DNA of 64,000 nucleotides from Tubulanus polymorphus (Eukaryota; Animalia; Nemertea): positions 7,897,950-7,961,949 of the forward strand of contig NC_134026.1 of assembly GCF_964204645.1 (NCBI RefSeq). The letters run 5' to 3'. The notes beneath the pieces are model-generated. The model saw only the letters and a list, made by a program, of their open reading frames with translations, had not been told where the DNA came from and did not search any database. The first letter of the stretch is position 1; each line of letters opens with the position of its first letter. The position numbers and the translations under genes were made by a program. Of this stretch, positions 61,332 through 64,000 are shown one piece after another.

Positions 61332-63917
61332 TTATCTGACCGGACAGCCAGTAACGATATCCCCAACTTGCTTAGAGCCTCCGATGTTTGCATCTTCATT
61401 GTTGATTTTCAGAGCAAAAATACAACCGACGTATTGTTTATTAGTTTTCCTACCACGAGCGAGTGCCGTTTCTACAAAATGCAATTCAAATACACCGTAT
61501 TAAACAATTTATTATCGATTTAAACAAAATTGTCATTAAAACCTGCTCGATGGAAGATTATTCTGCTTAATCTATCTGAATGCTAATTTACAGAGATTAA
61601 TGCTGTTTAATGTGGATTTAATATGATTAAGGAGACATCCTAATCCTGATGTGGGCTGTTAAGTAAATGTCAAGACTATGTATTTCTACCTAGTGAGTTT
61701 GGAGCGAGGCCGTACAACTCTACATTATATCAATCACTGGTTTATAGAGAGAGCATGAATGGAATAGGTTTACCTGGGATACCACCAACGTATAAAGGAT
61801 CATTAGTATCAGTAGATGAAACTCCAGCATCCCCGATACCTCTCTCCTGTCCATCAACGCCATCTACCTTTAACATCACCACATTCTTGGCTTTTATACC
61901 TAAAAAAACAGTTACCACAGTCTCCTTACTACACATATGTAAAATACATGATTCAATTAGGAGTCCCAGTTTTTGTCATTTTAAAGGGGTACAGAGGTAG
62001 CTAGCATAAATTTCCAGTTTCTCAATGTAGGGGGCGCTGGTAGAAGAGGAATTTGTGCCAGTTTCTCATTGTAGAGAGCGATTTTAGTATCATTTGGTTC
62101 CATTTCCTCACTGAAGGTGGCGCTGGTAATGTGAGTAATCAATTCCTGTTTGCCACTATTATGGGATCAGTAGGGCGCGCTTACCGATAATTTCATGCCA
62201 TTTGCCGTCACAGAGACCGCCGTTGATTGGCGGTATGTATTTCGCGGTGATTTCCTCGTTGCCGTTATCGACACTGAATATCAACTCTCCGTTCACCATT
62301 TGCATGATGAGATAGTCCCCTCTCTGAGACGAGACGGACAGCAATATTCCGTCCATCGACCTCGGTCGAATCCGCAGAATGAAACGACGATCCAATCCGA
62401 CCTTGAACTGATCGTTGATGACCGCGTAGCCTCCGTCTGCTCCGTAGTAAACGCCCGGCTCGACGTTCATATAACACGGTTGAGTGTGAAACTGACGGTT
62501 CGCGGTTCCGAACGATTTATCGTTGATACGGAAATCTCTGATACAACCAACAAATCCATTAAACGCAATATCCTGAAAATTACGAACAAATTCACTTGAC
62601 TTGCGCTTAGGTACCAGTGGCGGAACCAGCCTACCGCGATTACCGCTTCAGCGGTACTGAAGATTTTCCCAAAAAAATTTTCAATGTAGTCAATATTTGC
62701 CTGCATGTGACTTAACACACAAACATGGATTATGTTCGTCCCTCCTATCATCTCTTGTATCTAATTTCAAGAATCTGAAGCTGAATAGTTATTAATGAGC
62801 TTATCCATAAATATTGTGCTGTGATTCTCTTTGTCTAATACTAATATAATAGTATGTTTACTATTATTATTATCATTATCATTAGTAATCATAAGTACAG
62901 CCCTGGGCTTGCACTGTGTCCCTCATCTTATGTCTGTAAAAACTATGTTTAACTCCTATGTAGTATCTTGCATGACATAATGATGAAAATAAATTATATT
63001 ATATATTTTTCCAAAACTTGTGGTACGTTTGTAGTGAATCGGTACACGACCGGCACTAGGCTTACTGACTCGTCGATTAGTTTTCATAGTAATTCCTGTT
63101 TTCAACTTGATGAGATTTTAATTGTTGAAATTTCAAATTGCTTTGGGGAGCACCCCTCTTGAACCCCGGCGTCGGGCAGTCGGACAGCTACTCGGGGGAA
63201 AATATTGCTTTGAGCAGTACTCGGATTTGAACCCTGGATCTGCCACTGTACGCAGGTACTTAGAAGTCCCTCTAGATATAGGTACTCGGTACCAGTAATG
63301 ACAGTTACCTACAGGTGCAAACAGATGCTGACAGCAGATGTCAATGTGACTATCATTCTACTGAGAGCAGCTGTACTATCAGTCTGCTGTTGACAGCAGG
63401 TACTTGCAGCTGCTCCTTTGACTGAATTCAATGACAACATTTGACAGAAAGAAACCTATAGAATATCAATGGTACTCACTCGAACTTCTCCTTTAGTAAG
63501 TTTAGCCGCTGTATTGGGCATACCTCCGACGTAGAACGGAGGATTCACATTTATAGCTCGATTTCTCCCTAAAGATTTCGATTCTCCTAATAAATCATCG
63601 TCGACATACAGACGTCCAGTGTGACGATTCCTCCAGAACTTCACCTAACAATCACAATAACACAATATCAAATAAACACCACACAATACGATAGTTCAAT
63701 TCGGTTCCACGAGATGGCGCTACATACCGTATGCCACAATCCGTCGTTATATTTGCGTTTAGAGGTGACTGTTGCGGCTCCACTGCCGGTATTAAACGAG
63801 TACACTACAGCACCTTCTTTCATATAGAGTAATATATAATCATTCTGCGATGAATCGGCGACAAAAAATATCAGTCCATTTTTATGGGTTGTTTTTATTT
63901 CAACTTGGAATTCATAA
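61332..63917 (-). CDS. Laminin subunit alpha (LAMA1/2-like) 3' end, LG4-LG5 domains; gene continues beyond the window
   Basis: Exons 63917-63728, 63644-63480, 62572-62185, 61899-61774, 61471-61332. Motifs YNDGLWHT, PFYVGG, IRPRSMDGILL, LCDGKWHEI, STDTNDPLYVGG, terminal GCP. Confidence 0.9.
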
Positions 63918-64000
63918 CTGAAACAAATACATTACACCCAGATGATACAAAGATAAGTCTCATTATCATCAAAGGGAGGGTTGGAGCAGTTGTGAAAACA

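Noticed and set aside
61755-62599. Plus-strand ORFs of 62-134 aa
   Set aside because: They are antisense shadows of laminin exons.

Overview
AT-rich, intron-containing animal genomic DNA; the receptor type and repeat content suggest a lophotrochozoan-like invertebrate, but the species cannot be determined here. The main feature is a tandem cluster of intronless class A (rhodopsin-like) orphan GPCR genes over about 4.8-48.4 kb. It has 8 intact copies and at least 9 pseudogenes or fragments, all on + except one inverted fragment. Each full-length copy carries a shared upstream module, usually with a variable 19-bp minisatellite, and a ~6.5-kb tandem duplication is visible. The cluster is interrupted by a head-to-head EIF3H (-)/UTP23 (+) pair, an internally deleted Copia element with nested insertions, and a phase-consistent ~8-exon gene (~350 aa) that I do not recognise. 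The right end holds EB1/MAPRE (-), PSMB2 (+), CFAP95/C9orf135 (+) and the 3' end of a laminin alpha gene (-). Other repeats include a 31-bp palindromic satellite, Helentron-like ends, P-like foldback MITEs, a Penelope-type hammerhead-like inverted repeat, LINE and BEL/Pao fragments, and minisatellites. All exon models were read manually from GT-AG sites and reading frames; family assignments are from recalled sequences, and no searches were run.
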